A DNA stretch of 64,000 bases from Candidatus Dojkabacteria bacterium (GTDB lineage: Bacteria > Patescibacteriota > Dojkabacteria > B142 > OLB20). Numbering within the stretch: the first letter of the stretch is position 1; every line of letters starts with the position of its first letter. The position numbers were made by a program, and so were the translations under genes. Location of the stretch: positions 12,000 through 75,999 of the forward strand of contig DAOMOX010000004.1 of the NCBI GenBank assembly GCA_035444565.1, in the 5' to 3' direction. Shown here piece after piece: positions 21,601 through 30,888 of the stretch. The notes under the pieces were generated by a model that worked only from the letters and a program-made list of their open reading frames with translations, did not search any database and was not told the origin of the DNA.

Positions 21601-22073
21601 TTAATTGCCTTTTGTTCATCACCAGCCATTAGATATTTATTAAAATTGCTACCTAGGCAACCGCTTAATGCAATCAAACCTTTTCCATATTTTTCGATTA
21701 ATTCTCTATCCGCTCGAGGTTTATAATAAAAACCTTCCATAAAAGCGTGAGATACTAGTTTTAGGAGATTATGATATCCTTCTTTGTTTTTCGCTAACAG
21801 TGTCAAGTGATATCTTTTATCATCAATTCCTGGTGTTTTATCGAATCTGGTTCTCTCGGCAACGTATATCTCGCAACCAATGATAGGCTTGATTCCTTGG
21901 TAATTGCATTCTTGCCAAAATTCAAATGCTCCATACATCACACCATGATCGGTAAGTGCTGCAGAGTTCATTCCGTAGGATTTTACTTTTCCAACATATG
22001 CAGGAATTTTGGCTACTCCATCCAGTAGTGAATATTCGGAATGTGCATGTAAATGTATGAAATTCTGGCTCAT
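18684..22073 (-). CDS. dnaE: DNA polymerase III alpha subunit
   Basis: PHP domain start MSQNFIHLHAHSEYSLLDG. 1129 aa, collinear with DnaE. Stop overlaps the rsmA start. Confidence 0.95.
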   Translation of the reverse strand: MSQNFIHLHAHSEYSLLDGVAKIPAYVGKVKSYGMNSAALTDHGVMYGAFEFWQECNYQGIKPIIGCEIYVAERTRFDKTPGIDDKRYHLTLLAKNKEGYHNLLKLVSHAFMEGFYYKPRADRELIEKYGKGLIALSGCLGSNFNKYLMAGDEQKAIKWIKFLQSSVDDVYIELQRNGIKEAEDLVEKQVEIAKKLKLPYVATCDTHYIEKEDHKVQEIVWCISDGKKLEDPARRQYSSTEFYIKSQDELAKLFPDYPEALENTQKIADSVEKYDILFERVQPKYDLKLSPEKTKDSLRKKVMDSLKNRYSELTKELQERIDYELEIINNKGYNDYFLVVEDYVTWARSQGILVGPGRGSGAGSVVAYILGITDLDPFKFGLIFERFLNPERPSPPDFDIDFQDDRRDELFHYMSKKYGHENTSFIGTFGRLKTKAAIRDVARVMGIDLQIADRLSKMVIVKFGRVHTIQKMRDEVEEFDEIIKGSTQLEELAKYVEKLENIARHVSIHACGYLVTPTPITDYVPIQKEVRGDKLITQVEGHNIEYLGLMKFDFLGLSNLTVIQNTLKKIKQTKNIDLDLSSISLEDKKTYELFQKGDTTGIFQFESEGMKKYLRDLKPTEFEDLVFLNAAYRPGPMKYIPDYILRKRGEQEIDYIHPSLEPILKTTFGFAIYQEQVINIAVEFANYSLGEADMLRRAMGKKKPEVMAKEKELFFERAVKNKRDKKTAEKIFSYLEPFADYGFNKSHSACYSMIAYQTAYLKTHHPLEFLAGLMETDINSIDKLERDLKEAKNMKIKLLPPDINKSHLEFIIEGDKEIRFGMGGVKGVSTKSLENIVEARNKKGEFKNLDDLITKVGTHGLTKKDLENLIKVGALDEFGSRTQLIEVAPIVYTKIQRSEEALKGGQSTLFGISSEETETPATPLPLLPQETDKEKTGWEKELLGIYLSKHPLEAFSDVILLNKFIDLRQAQKMKSGTKIKIIVLISKVKKIYTKKGSKPMAFLDIEDMEGKGGAVVFPDAFEKVNNFLVENRSVFVQASVNFRNDEFSLIVDDMADASDIDKQDQLSIDISREKDKSRLMEIKKAIIQNPGNIKLTIIYGDLGAKKSIERFVRVSPEFITTVKKYIYNE

Positions 22074-22106
22074 AAAACAGAAGAGTATTTTAACCTTGGG
22101 TAAAAA

Positions 22107-22117
22107 AAGTATACCTA
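22107..22117 (-). promoter_or_regulatory. Candidate operator TAGGTATACTT, 34 nt upstream of the dnaE start
   Basis: The minus strand reads TAGGTATACTT. The identical 11-mer sits at the lexA start at 49630-49640. Confidence 0.3.
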
Positions 22118-22147
22118 ATGAGATACTTTATAATCAAAAAATTCGAA

Positions 22148-22789
22148 TCAAATACTACTTGCAACTTTTAACATATTCTTCGAATGAAGCTCCCAGTTGT
22201 GTTGTCCGTATGCTCTTGATAGTGCAACAAAATCCCAACCATATCGTGCAGCATATTGCCTAGAAACTTTTGGTACTAAATCTTTAAACGCAACTTCATA
22301 TGAAGGATATTTCCTTCCATTTAAATAACCAAAACAATTATATGCGAATGATTGTCTACACGAACCCGATTCTATAGTCATAATAGCTAACAAAACACGA
22401 TAGTCGGCATTGTTTTGATCAGAAAGATCTACAATAATTGTAGCAATTTCTTCATTTGCTACAGGTGAATTTACTCTTTTAAGGTAAGCGAGTGTACGAT
22501 TTACTTTCTCTTCAAGTTCTTTCCTTCTCGCTTCAACCTTGGCTTGTTCCTCTTGAAATTGGTTAAGGCTCTCCTGAGCTTCAATATAGATTTCTCTTTC
22601 AGGCTTAGGAATATACGTTTTTGTTACTGGAGAGTTAAAATTATAGTTATATAGGTGAATGTTATCTGCATTGGCAGTGTTTTTTTCGGGTATAAATGCG
22701 AATGAAATTGTCGAAATTAATATTGCAAAGACAATAAAATATCGCCCAAGAATTGAAAGTCTAACGTTTGTATTTCTATTTATTTTCAC
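22148..22789 (-). CDS. Secreted protein with coiled-coil region and C-terminal glucosaminidase-like (PF01832-like) peptidoglycan hydrolase motif
   Basis: Signal peptide. AIMTIESGSCRQSFAYNCFGY resembles the lysozyme-like LESGwG…N.FG motif. Confidence 0.45.
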   Translation of the reverse strand: MKINRNTNVRLSILGRYFIVFAILISTISFAFIPEKNTANADNIHLYNYNFNSPVTKTYIPKPEREIYIEAQESLNQFQEEQAKVEARRKELEEKVNRTLAYLKRVNSPVANEEIATIIVDLSDQNNADYRVLLAIMTIESGSCRQSFAYNCFGYLNGRKYPSYEVAFKDLVPKVSRQYAARYGWDFVALSRAYGQHNWELHSKNMLKVASSI

Positions 22790-22925
22790 TTAGATAGGCA
22801 ATAAGTCAAAACACTAAAATCATACTAAATATTGCGATTAAACAATATATCAGATATGAATTTTACTTGCAATTCCACGTATAGTAAGGAATAATGGTTT
22901 GTTATTCATTTTTTAAATTTTATTA

Positions 22926-23804
22926 ATGAAAGTAAATACAGCAATTATTACTGCCGCGGGATTTGGTACAAGATTTCTACCTATTGTAAAGGAAATTCCG
23001 AAAGAGATGTTACCCATTGTTGATAAACCAATTATTCAATATGTAGTTGAAGAATGTCTAGATGCAGGTATTGAGAAAATCATTATCGTAGTTAGAGAGG
23101 GAAATAATGTAATAAAAAACTACTTCAATAAATCTGTACCAGAGGTGAGAGACTTACTAGCGAGTGTTGGCAAGGAAAAAAGATTTCAAGAAGTTGAAAG
23201 ATTAATGACTTACGAAGGAATTGAAATTATTACTCAGAGAACTGATCTCCCATACGGAAACGGTTCTCCAGTTTTATCGGCAATGCCATATATTGAGAAA
23301 GATAGACCTTTCGCAGTACTATTTGCAGATGATTTGATACTTTCAAGGGGTAAAAGCGGAATTGCGCAACTGCTCGAATATTTTGAGAATTCGGATGTAG
23401 ATGGCGTAATTAGTGCTCAGTCTGTCGAACACAGCAAGGTAAATAAATATGGGATTATCAAAGCGAAAGACGTAATCGATGACCATCATGGTCAGGTGGA
23501 TTTTATTGTTGAGAAACCTGAACCAGAGAATGCACCTAGTGATTTAGTCACTTATGGAAGATATGTCTTACCATACAGAGCTATGGATCTTCTAGCCGAG
23601 GTTCACACAGGTTTAGACAATGAATTGTGGTTGCCAGATGTTAATCATCAAATCGCACAAACCGGAAAACTTATGTATAAGGTGATTGATGGAGATTGGT
23701 ACACTACTGGAGATCCTTCGAATTACTTTGAAGCATTGACAAGATTTTATCTTGCAAATGATGAATATAAGGATAAAGTTAAGTCTTTCTTAGAGAATTT
23801 GTAA
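22926..23804 (+). CDS. galU: UTP--glucose-1-phosphate uridylyltransferase
   Basis: AIITAAGFGTRFLPIVKEIPKEMLPIVDKPIIQYVVEE is the canonical GalU N-terminus. Confidence 0.85.
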   Translation: MKVNTAIITAAGFGTRFLPIVKEIPKEMLPIVDKPIIQYVVEECLDAGIEKIIIVVREGNNVIKNYFNKSVPEVRDLLASVGKEKRFQEVERLMTYEGIEIITQRTDLPYGNGSPVLSAMPYIEKDRPFAVLFADDLILSRGKSGIAQLLEYFENSDVDGVISAQSVEHSKVNKYGIIKAKDVIDDHHGQVDFIVEKPEPENAPSDLVTYGRYVLPYRAMDLLAEVHTGLDNELWLPDVNHQIAQTGKLMYKVIDGDWYTTGDPSNYFEALTRFYLANDEYKDKVKSFLENL

Positions 23805-23814
23805 CTTAGAATGT

Positions 23815-24981
23815 TTAGAGGAGTTTTTTAATTTCTTCGACAATGTTTTTAGTTGCGTCTAATTTGATGTAGCTTTTTGACTTCTCTCTGGCTGAACTGA
23901 GACTATTACCCAGTAAATCTTCGTTTTTATTATACGCATTTAAGACTTTATTGAGTGCATTAAAGATTTCAATAGGTGGCATTTCATCATACTGTTCAAT
24001 TACCAATCCTAAGCCCGTCTCCTCAAGCATTTTCGCATTTTTTAACTGTTCGTTATTCGATGCCCAGGGAATGGGGATCAAAACACTTAATTTTCCATGT
24101 AAAAGAAGCTCTGAAACAGCATTCGCACCTGCTCGAGATAAAACTATGTCTGCTGAATTTAAATAATTTGCATATTCTTCAAAGTAAGCATTTTCTTTTA
24201 CGACATATCTATTTGCGAGTTCGTTCCCAAGCTTTGACTTTGTTTCAATTGCCTTCCGATAATCATGCGTCAAAGTCGAGTTTCCTGTTAAGTGGACAAC
24301 GTTGGTAATTTTTAATAAGTCGGGAAGTATTTTTAAGAGTCTCCAGTTAATTGTGTTTGATCCTTGATTCCCTCCCACTACTAAGAGAAAAGGTAAATCA
24401 TTTTGGAAATACTTTGTTTTATGTGTTTTTGGGAATAGTTCTTCTCTTATAGGAAGACCGGTGTAAACTGACTTCTCTTTAGGAAAAAATTTGAGAGAAT
24501 TCTCCCAAGAGACACATACTGTATTAGCAAATTTTGAGATGAGTTTATTTGTGAGTCCAAGAACTACTGTTTGTTCGTGAGTAATGGATTTTATACCAAT
24601 CATCTTTGCGATAAATACAACTGGAAGAGCCAAATGGCCGCCAAATGAAACGACAATTGCTGGTTTGTGTTTGGTTAATACTTGTAGTGACTTAATGAAA
24701 CCATAAGGAATTAAAATCAGGTTTTGTAGAGCCGGGATTATAGTTCTGAGCGTATATTTACGCCATAGTTTCCCCGCTTTTAAAGTAATAAAGGGAGTAT
24801 TGGTTTTCTGAACGATTTGATATTCCAGGCTTACATTTTTATTTCTGGTTTGAGCATATTTCGTCCCAATCCAAATAATATCATCAAAACCTTGGGCCTT
24901 TAATTCATTGAGTACTGCGAGAGCAGGAGTTAGATGTCCCCCAATTATCGCTATCTTTTTATTTTGAATTTCTTTTCTCAT
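23815..24981 (-). CDS. murG: UDP-N-acetylglucosamine--N-acetylmuramyl-(pentapeptide) pyrophosphoryl-undecaprenol N-acetylglucosamine transferase
   Basis: KIAIIGGHLTPALAV… N-terminal glycine-rich motif, GT28 fold. Downstream of ftsW-like gene in dcw-type order. Confidence 0.85.
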   Translation of the reverse strand: MRKEIQNKKIAIIGGHLTPALAVLNELKAQGFDDIIWIGTKYAQTRNKNVSLEYQIVQKTNTPFITLKAGKLWRKYTLRTIIPALQNLILIPYGFIKSLQVLTKHKPAIVVSFGGHLALPVVFIAKMIGIKSITHEQTVVLGLTNKLISKFANTVCVSWENSLKFFPKEKSVYTGLPIREELFPKTHKTKYFQNDLPFLLVVGGNQGSNTINWRLLKILPDLLKITNVVHLTGNSTLTHDYRKAIETKSKLGNELANRYVVKENAYFEEYANYLNSADIVLSRAGANAVSELLLHGKLSVLIPIPWASNNEQLKNAKMLEETGLGLVIEQYDEMPPIEIFNALNKVLNAYNKNEDLLGNSLSSAREKSKSYIKLDATKNIVEEIKKLL

Positions 24982-25609
24982 TGATTTTATTTGATAGCAT
25001 TATAAATGAAATATGCATCAATAGGTTAATTATAATTACAAGTACGAAAACCTCGAAAAACAATTCCTGCGGAAAAAATTTGATTAAGTTTGAAGATTCT
25101 GGGTTTAACAACCAATAATCGTTTTGAAAAGCGACCTTGTGAGCAAGTGTGAAGAAAAAATCGAAATCCAAGTAGATTATGAAACTAATAATGATGGAAA
25201 GAGATATATAGATTATGCTAAGTCTTCTTACCAGATTAAAATTTATTTTAACTTTTTTGTTTTTGTAAATTCCATATACAGAAATAAGTGAAATTACATA
25301 TACAAAATAAATTCCTGTGAGAATATTTTCCACATCGTATAAATGGAGAATATCTTCGTTAGAATAAAAATTAATGTCTAATTCATCTGAGAAAGGCGAT
25401 AAGTTCAAAAGTAGGCTCCTGAATTTTTCATTTACTACTTCTTTATCTATTGAACTATCTTTAAATTCTCCATACACACCATAATCCTCAAATCTATAAA
25501 TGTAATAATGCGATGCGTTAGCAAAGAATATTAATGGTGTAAGCAGAAATATTATTCCAATTAATAAAGAAAATATGTAGGTGTTTAATCGAATATGTTT
25601 GTTATCCAT
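24959..25609 (-). CDS. Hypothetical integral membrane protein between ftsW and murG
   Basis: Three to four TM segments. No motif recognised. Confidence 0.4.
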   Translation of the reverse strand: MDNKHIRLNTYIFSLLIGIIFLLTPLIFFANASHYYIYRFEDYGVYGEFKDSSIDKEVVNEKFRSLLLNLSPFSDELDINFYSNEDILHLYDVENILTGIYFVYVISLISVYGIYKNKKVKINFNLVRRLSIIYISLSIIISFIIYLDFDFFFTLAHKVAFQNDYWLLNPESSNLIKFFPQELFFEVFVLVIIINLLMHISFIMLSNKINEKRNSK

Positions 25610-26877
25610 TTTTTAGGGTTGATTTGCGAAAGTTTTGAAGATTTCTGACCTCTTCGTTTACTCCTTACTTCTTTTACTCTATTGCTGACTACTCTTTTCT
25701 TCCCATCTTTATTTGATCTACTAATATTTAATAATAGTCCAATGGCTGTTAAATTAACTATCGTGGAACTTCCACCATAACTTATAAATGGTAATGTGTT
25801 TCCATTTATTGGAATGAGGGCTACATTAGAAGCAATGTGTAGAGTAGCCTGTATTGTTATCCATATTGTGATGGATGTAGCAAGTAAGAAGCCGAGTTTG
25901 TCCGGGGCTCTTTTCGCAATTACAAATCCGCGATAAAGTAAAAAAAAGAAGCCAGAAATTAATATAACAGAACCAAGAAAACCGAATTCTTCAGCAAAAA
26001 TTGCGAAGATTGTATCACTAAAGGCAGTATCTCCAAGATAGTGAAATTTTTGACGCGATTCTCCAAATCCTACCCCCATAAGTCCTCCAGATGACACTGC
26101 AACTAAAATTTGTTTTAATTGATAACCCGCACCATAAGGGTCTTGAATTGTAGAATTAACCCAAAAGTCTTTCCAGTTAATGAATCTTTCAAGTCGATAC
26201 GAAGCAGTTTGAGTTGCAATTCCAAACAATGTCATGATAAGCATGAAAATCGAACCTGAACCAAGCAAGTGCAACAAATCGTTGCCAGCAATAAAGTATA
26301 CAAGAACGCTTGTAGCACCTAAGATTATAGTAGTATCAAGGTCAGGTTCTAAAAGAATTAGAAATGAAACAACCGATAACAATAACAAAAACGGCAAAAG
26401 GTCTTTGATAAAATGATTTTTAATATTTTCTTTTGTGATACGGCTAGATTCTTTTCTACTTGCAAGCCAGGAAGATAGATAAATCAAGAAAACTAGTTTG
26501 GCAATTTCGGAGGGTTGTATGTCGAAGAATCCTAGGTCAATCCATCGTTTGATTGGACTACCAATGTTAATGACCAGTACCGATATTAATAATATAATTG
26601 CGGCTCCTAGAAGAAATGGCGCTAGTTTGGGTAATATTCTGTAATTTATTCTATATGCGACATATCCGGTAAAGAGTCCAATCGCAATCCAAATAATCTG
26701 TCTTATGAAATAATGCTGTGGTTCAAAGCCTTGTTTCGTGGCGACGATAACACTTCCACTGTATACCATTACAGAGCCAAAAGCTGTAAGTAAACTAACT
26801 GTTGAAAAAAGTGGGAAATCAAGATGTTTGTTAACGGTTTTTTCTCTCCTAAATGAAAGCATTTTAGTTAAGTGCAA
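25585..26877 (-). CDS. ftsW: SEDS-family protein, FtsW-like (second paralog)
   Basis: RWIDLGFFDIQPSEIAKL and C-terminal SEDS motifs. Lies immediately upstream of murG. Confidence 0.85.
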   Translation of the reverse strand: MHLTKMLSFRREKTVNKHLDFPLFSTVSLLTAFGSVMVYSGSVIVATKQGFEPQHYFIRQIIWIAIGLFTGYVAYRINYRILPKLAPFLLGAAIILLISVLVINIGSPIKRWIDLGFFDIQPSEIAKLVFLIYLSSWLASRKESSRITKENIKNHFIKDLLPFLLLLSVVSFLILLEPDLDTTIILGATSVLVYFIAGNDLLHLLGSGSIFMLIMTLFGIATQTASYRLERFINWKDFWVNSTIQDPYGAGYQLKQILVAVSSGGLMGVGFGESRQKFHYLGDTAFSDTIFAIFAEEFGFLGSVILISGFFFLLYRGFVIAKRAPDKLGFLLATSITIWITIQATLHIASNVALIPINGNTLPFISYGGSSTIVNLTAIGLLLNISRSNKDGKKRVVSNRVKEVRSKRRGQKSSKLSQINPKKWITNIFD

Positions 26878-26925
26878 TTATTAACTATAAATATACTATA
26901 ATATCCTACCAAATATTGATTTCTT

Positions 26926-27171
26926 ATGGTAACAATTGATCCCGCAATAAATATTTCAGAGTTAGCGCTCAGATATCCTGAAGTTGTTGATTTCCTTATA
27001 TATGAATATGGGTTTCACTGCATTGGTTGCTTTGTGTCAGAGTTCGAAAGCCTCGAAGAAGGAGCCAGCGTGCACGGAATTATAGGTGAAGATTTTGACA
27101 ATATGATGAAACAAATCGAAGAAATCATAAACAAGAAAGATCAAAAATCAGATTCTTCTGTTTCCTCATAA
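26926..27171 (+). CDS. DUF1858-type small redox-disulfide domain protein
   Basis: 81 aa. YGFHCIGCFVSEF…LEEGASVHGI matches DUF1858 (hybrid-cluster-protein-associated redox disulfide domain). Confidence 0.55.
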   Translation: MVTIDPAINISELALRYPEVVDFLIYEYGFHCIGCFVSEFESLEEGASVHGIIGEDFDNMMKQIEEIINKKDQKSDSSVSS

Positions 27172-27362
27172 GTCGCTTTGATTTCTTTTATTTTTAACTC
27201 GATTGAAGTTAGTTCTTTTTTAATCTCCACTGCTAATTTCGAGGCTTCCTCGTATTTCTTAACAGCTTCATCTAAATCCAGGTCGTCTTGATTTGTGAAG
27301 AAATTACTTAGCTTCTCTAATTTATTTATCTTCTCTTGTAATGTAGGTTTTTTATTTGGCAT
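27141..27362 (-). CDS. xseB: Exodeoxyribonuclease VII small subunit
   Basis: 73 aa coiled-coil. LQEKINKLEKL…LDEAVKKYEEASKL matches XseB. Confidence 0.8.
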   Translation of the reverse strand: MPNKKPTLQEKINKLEKLSNFFTNQDDLDLDEAVKKYEEASKLAVEIKKELTSIELKIKEIKATYEETEESDF

Positions 27363-27381
27363 TTATGAATATTTAATTAAT

Positions 27382-28638
27382 TTATATTACTTTTGTATTG
27401 AGATTGCCATCACGAACTTTTAGGGTAAGTAAATCGTTTGTCTTGGTACCTTTCACACTCGTGATGATATTTCCTTTTGAATTTTTAATAATCGCATAAC
27501 CTTTTTGAACTATTTTCTCGGGATTAAGATTTTCAATTGTACTTTGCATGTGCAATACGTCATTTAGCAACTGTGTGATTCTGTAACTGAAATTTGATAA
27601 TTCGTGAGTGCTCTTCTCTAAAGTGTTTTGGAAATTCGAAATATTTATAAAAATTTTTGATTCAAAATCTACATCATAGCTACTAACCTGATATTTGTAA
27701 TTGTTTAATATCAAAAGAACTTTCTCGAATATATTTATTCCGGAAATTTTATTTATATTTAGATTGATAATTTCTTGGATTTGCAAATAAATCTGGTCTG
27801 CTTGTAGTTCTATACTTTTAATAAAATTTGTGTGGTTCACAACGATATAGTAAGCAGCTTGTGAAGGTGTTGAAGCTCTAACATCCGAGACAAGCTCAGC
27901 GATGGATTCATCTCTTTCATGCCCTACTGCAACTAGTGTGGGGGTTTTGCTTGCAAAAATTGCTTTAGAAATCTTTTCGTCATTAAACGAACTCAGGTCC
28001 TCCAGGCTACCTCCTCCACGAATCATAACAATACAGTCGTAACCTTTATTTTGAGCAATTTGTAGCGCAGAGAGTATTTCACCTACCGAATGTTTTCCTT
28101 GTACTGAAACCGGATAAAAATCAATACTAATACCCGTATTATTCTCCTTAAGTATCTTAAGAAAATCGCTTTCTGCGGCAGAACTTTTTGCTGTTATTAA
28201 AGCAATGTTTTTTATGAGTGCTGGAAGTGGTCTTTTTCGTGTTGGATCGAATAGTCCTTCTTTTTCTAATTGGTCTTTAAGTAACTCAAGTGCTTTTGCA
28301 AGTGCTCCTGCCCCAATAGGTAATATCTTATATATTGATACACTGAATTTCCCGTAAGGAGAATAAAGTTGTGGAACACCCCAGATGGCTACCTCCATTC
28401 CAATTTCTATCATATTGATTCCTTGGATTCTTGGGGCGTATCCGCTGACGTTCAATATTGCCTGTTTATATTTGTCTTTTAGGACAAGATTTACACCACC
28501 ACGTTTAGAGATGTTCATTTCGGTAATTTCGCCTTCAACAATTACCTCACCTATAGATTGTAGTTGCAGATTTATTAGCTCGTTGAACTGATCAACGCTG
28601 ACTCTGATACTCTCTGAAAATAAGCTTTGTTGTGACAT
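27382..28638 (-). CDS. xseA: Exodeoxyribonuclease VII large subunit
   Basis: N-terminal OB-fold and catalytic domain. Collinear with XseA. Immediately upstream of xseB. Confidence 0.9.
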   Translation of the reverse strand: MSQQSLFSESIRVSVDQFNELINLQLQSIGEVIVEGEITEMNISKRGGVNLVLKDKYKQAILNVSGYAPRIQGINMIEIGMEVAIWGVPQLYSPYGKFSVSIYKILPIGAGALAKALELLKDQLEKEGLFDPTRKRPLPALIKNIALITAKSSAAESDFLKILKENNTGISIDFYPVSVQGKHSVGEILSALQIAQNKGYDCIVMIRGGGSLEDLSSFNDEKISKAIFASKTPTLVAVGHERDESIAELVSDVRASTPSQAAYYIVVNHTNFIKSIELQADQIYLQIQEIINLNINKISGINIFEKVLLILNNYKYQVSSYDVDFESKIFINISNFQNTLEKSTHELSNFSYRITQLLNDVLHMQSTIENLNPEKIVQKGYAIIKNSKGNIITSVKGTKTNDLLTLKVRDGNLNTKVI

Positions 28639-28724
28639 ACTTGTAATATGACTAGATTCTATTATAATCTAGGGTAACTTTTAATAAAAAGTACTTCTCT
28701 CTCTTTAGTTATTAATTATACTCC

Positions 28725-30842
28725 ATGACAATTGAAGAAAAACTAAATTTAGTTATAAAAGGTTTCTCAAATTTACATGTAGAACAGAAATACAAAGACA
28801 GCGCATTGAAACACATTGAACATTGGTTAACTAATGAGGATTTTATTGATTATCAGCCCCAAATTGACTATTTAATCGAATCTGAAAAGTGGGACTTATT
28901 GCTTGATGCGTTCTACCAAATAATTCCATTTGGAACAGGAGGTAGACGGGGACCTGTTGGAGTTGGACCAAATAGAATAAATGTTTGGACCATTCAGGCT
29001 TCCGCACAAGGTCATAGTCAATATTTACTAAAACAATTCGGAGAAGAAGCAAAAGAAAGAGGAATTGTAATTTCGTATGATGTTAGAGCATATCTTAAAG
29101 AAGGTGAATATGATGACAAAAGGCCAAATCCTGTAAAAGGATTAAGTTGCAAAGATCTAGCCAAAAAAGCGTCAGAGGTATATAGCGCAAATGGAATAAA
29201 AGTTTTTCTATTTAGTGATTACACTCCTACACCTGAACTTTCTTTTATGGTTAGAAATTTAAATGCAGTTTCAGGGAATATGATAAGTGCAAGTCATAAT
29301 CCACCAGAGCATAATGGTCAAAAAGTATTTAATGATACTGGGGGCCAACTTATTCCTCCTTACGATCAAGAATTAGTGGATACTGTAGTAAACGAAGTGA
29401 GGGAAATCAAATCAATGGATTTTCAGGAAGCAATTGATAAAAGACTTGTGGTATATGTCTCGGAAAAAGATCATCGTAAGTATTTGGACGCGGTTAAAGA
29501 GATTTCTCTGAATCACAAATATAGAGGCATTAAAATATTTTACAGTCCATTTCACGGGACAGCATACAAAATCATCCCTCAAGTTTTTCGTGAATTAGGA
29601 TTTCATGTTACCTCTGATAATATCTCAAGTGAACCCGATCCTAGATTTTCTAGCATTACCTTCAATATTCCTAACCCAGAAGTACAAGAATCTTTCCTTA
29701 ATTTAGTTCCTTCTGCTGATGGAAGCGAATCAGATATTATATTAGCATCTGATCCAGACGCAGATCGAATAGGGATAATGTCCAAAGAAAAAGATAACTG
29801 GAAATTCTATAATGGAAATGAAATTGGAGTATTAATTACAGATTATCTACTTTCAGAACTCAAAGCCAATAATAAATTAAAACCAACTAATATCTTATTA
29901 AAAACAGTTGTTACAACAAATTTGATAACTGTTTTAGCTGAAAGATATGGTGTGAAAATCACAGGTGATTTGCTCGTAGGGTTTAAATATATCGGAGAGA
30001 TAATGGATAATTTGCAAGTTTCTGGGAAAATTTCGGATTTCTTACTTGGTGTAGAAGAAAGTCATGGATACACTGCCGGTAATTATATCCGTGAAAAAGA
30101 TGCATTGGTTGCAGGTATCCTACTTTCCGAATTAGCATCGAAATTAAAAGGTGAAGGTAAAACGTTGGCTCAATATTTGGATCAAATTTATGAAGAAAAT
30201 GGATATTTCTTAAACTACCTTACAGAGATAAGGCTTCCTGGTGCCGAGGGAATGTCTTCAATTGCTAAAATCCAGAACAATTTAAGAGAGGAAAGACCCA
30301 TCAAAATCGGAGAATTCGAAGTTGAAAAATTAACCGATAGATGGGATGGTGAAGATTTTGTTTCTGCAACAGATAAAGAATCTAGAAACGTATTGATAAT
30401 TAATTTTAAAACAGACGAAAACTACCATCAACTACAAGCAATTGTTAGACCTTCGGGAACTGAACCTAAGCTTAAGACGTATTTCGAAATCGGGGTAAAG
30501 GCAAACCCTGATAAATCTCTAGAGGAGCTAAAGGCTATGGCGGAAGAAATGCGAGAAAGATTAGAAAAAGCTGTTTTGAAATACTGTTATAAGATTATCG
30601 GGATTGATTTTCCTGATAGAGGTTTCTTGCTCTTTTGGCAACTTCCTGCTTGGGATAAATTAAAGTACTTCGAAGTCGAGCCTAAAATTGCAGAACTAAA
30701 GTCAATCCAAGATCCATTTAGAAGAAAGGCTGAATTAGACAAGTTACTTACCTTCCTTGGAGCAGATCCTGTAAAGAAAATTGACAAAGCCTTCATTGCC
30801 AAATATCAAACAGGGGTTATTGATTATCTAGACCTAAGTTAA
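28725..30842 (+). CDS. Phosphoglucomutase/phosphomannomutase (alpha-D-phosphohexomutase) with ~120-aa C-terminal extension
   Basis: Active-site SASHNPPEHNGQKVF and the four-domain layout of PGM/PMM. At 705 aa it is longer than usual. Confidence 0.85.
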   Translation: MTIEEKLNLVIKGFSNLHVEQKYKDSALKHIEHWLTNEDFIDYQPQIDYLIESEKWDLLLDAFYQIIPFGTGGRRGPVGVGPNRINVWTIQASAQGHSQYLLKQFGEEAKERGIVISYDVRAYLKEGEYDDKRPNPVKGLSCKDLAKKASEVYSANGIKVFLFSDYTPTPELSFMVRNLNAVSGNMISASHNPPEHNGQKVFNDTGGQLIPPYDQELVDTVVNEVREIKSMDFQEAIDKRLVVYVSEKDHRKYLDAVKEISLNHKYRGIKIFYSPFHGTAYKIIPQVFRELGFHVTSDNISSEPDPRFSSITFNIPNPEVQESFLNLVPSADGSESDIILASDPDADRIGIMSKEKDNWKFYNGNEIGVLITDYLLSELKANNKLKPTNILLKTVVTTNLITVLAERYGVKITGDLLVGFKYIGEIMDNLQVSGKISDFLLGVEESHGYTAGNYIREKDALVAGILLSELASKLKGEGKTLAQYLDQIYEENGYFLNYLTEIRLPGAEGMSSIAKIQNNLREERPIKIGEFEVEKLTDRWDGEDFVSATDKESRNVLIINFKTDENYHQLQAIVRPSGTEPKLKTYFEIGVKANPDKSLEELKAMAEEMRERLEKAVLKYCYKIIGIDFPDRGFLLFWQLPAWDKLKYFEVEPKIAELKSIQDPFRRKAELDKLLTFLGADPVKKIDKAFIAKYQTGVIDYLDLS

Positions 30843-30847
30843 ATAGG

Positions 30848-30873
30848 TGTATATTGTAAATTGACAATATACA
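30848..30873. promoter_or_regulatory. Perfect 10-bp inverted repeat TGTATATTGT-N6-ACAATATACA between PGM and the helicase-nuclease gene
   Basis: Seen directly in the sequence. Either a weak terminator for the PGM gene or an operator for the downstream gene. Confidence 0.35.
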
Positions 30874-30888
30874 AAACTGGCTTATGCT

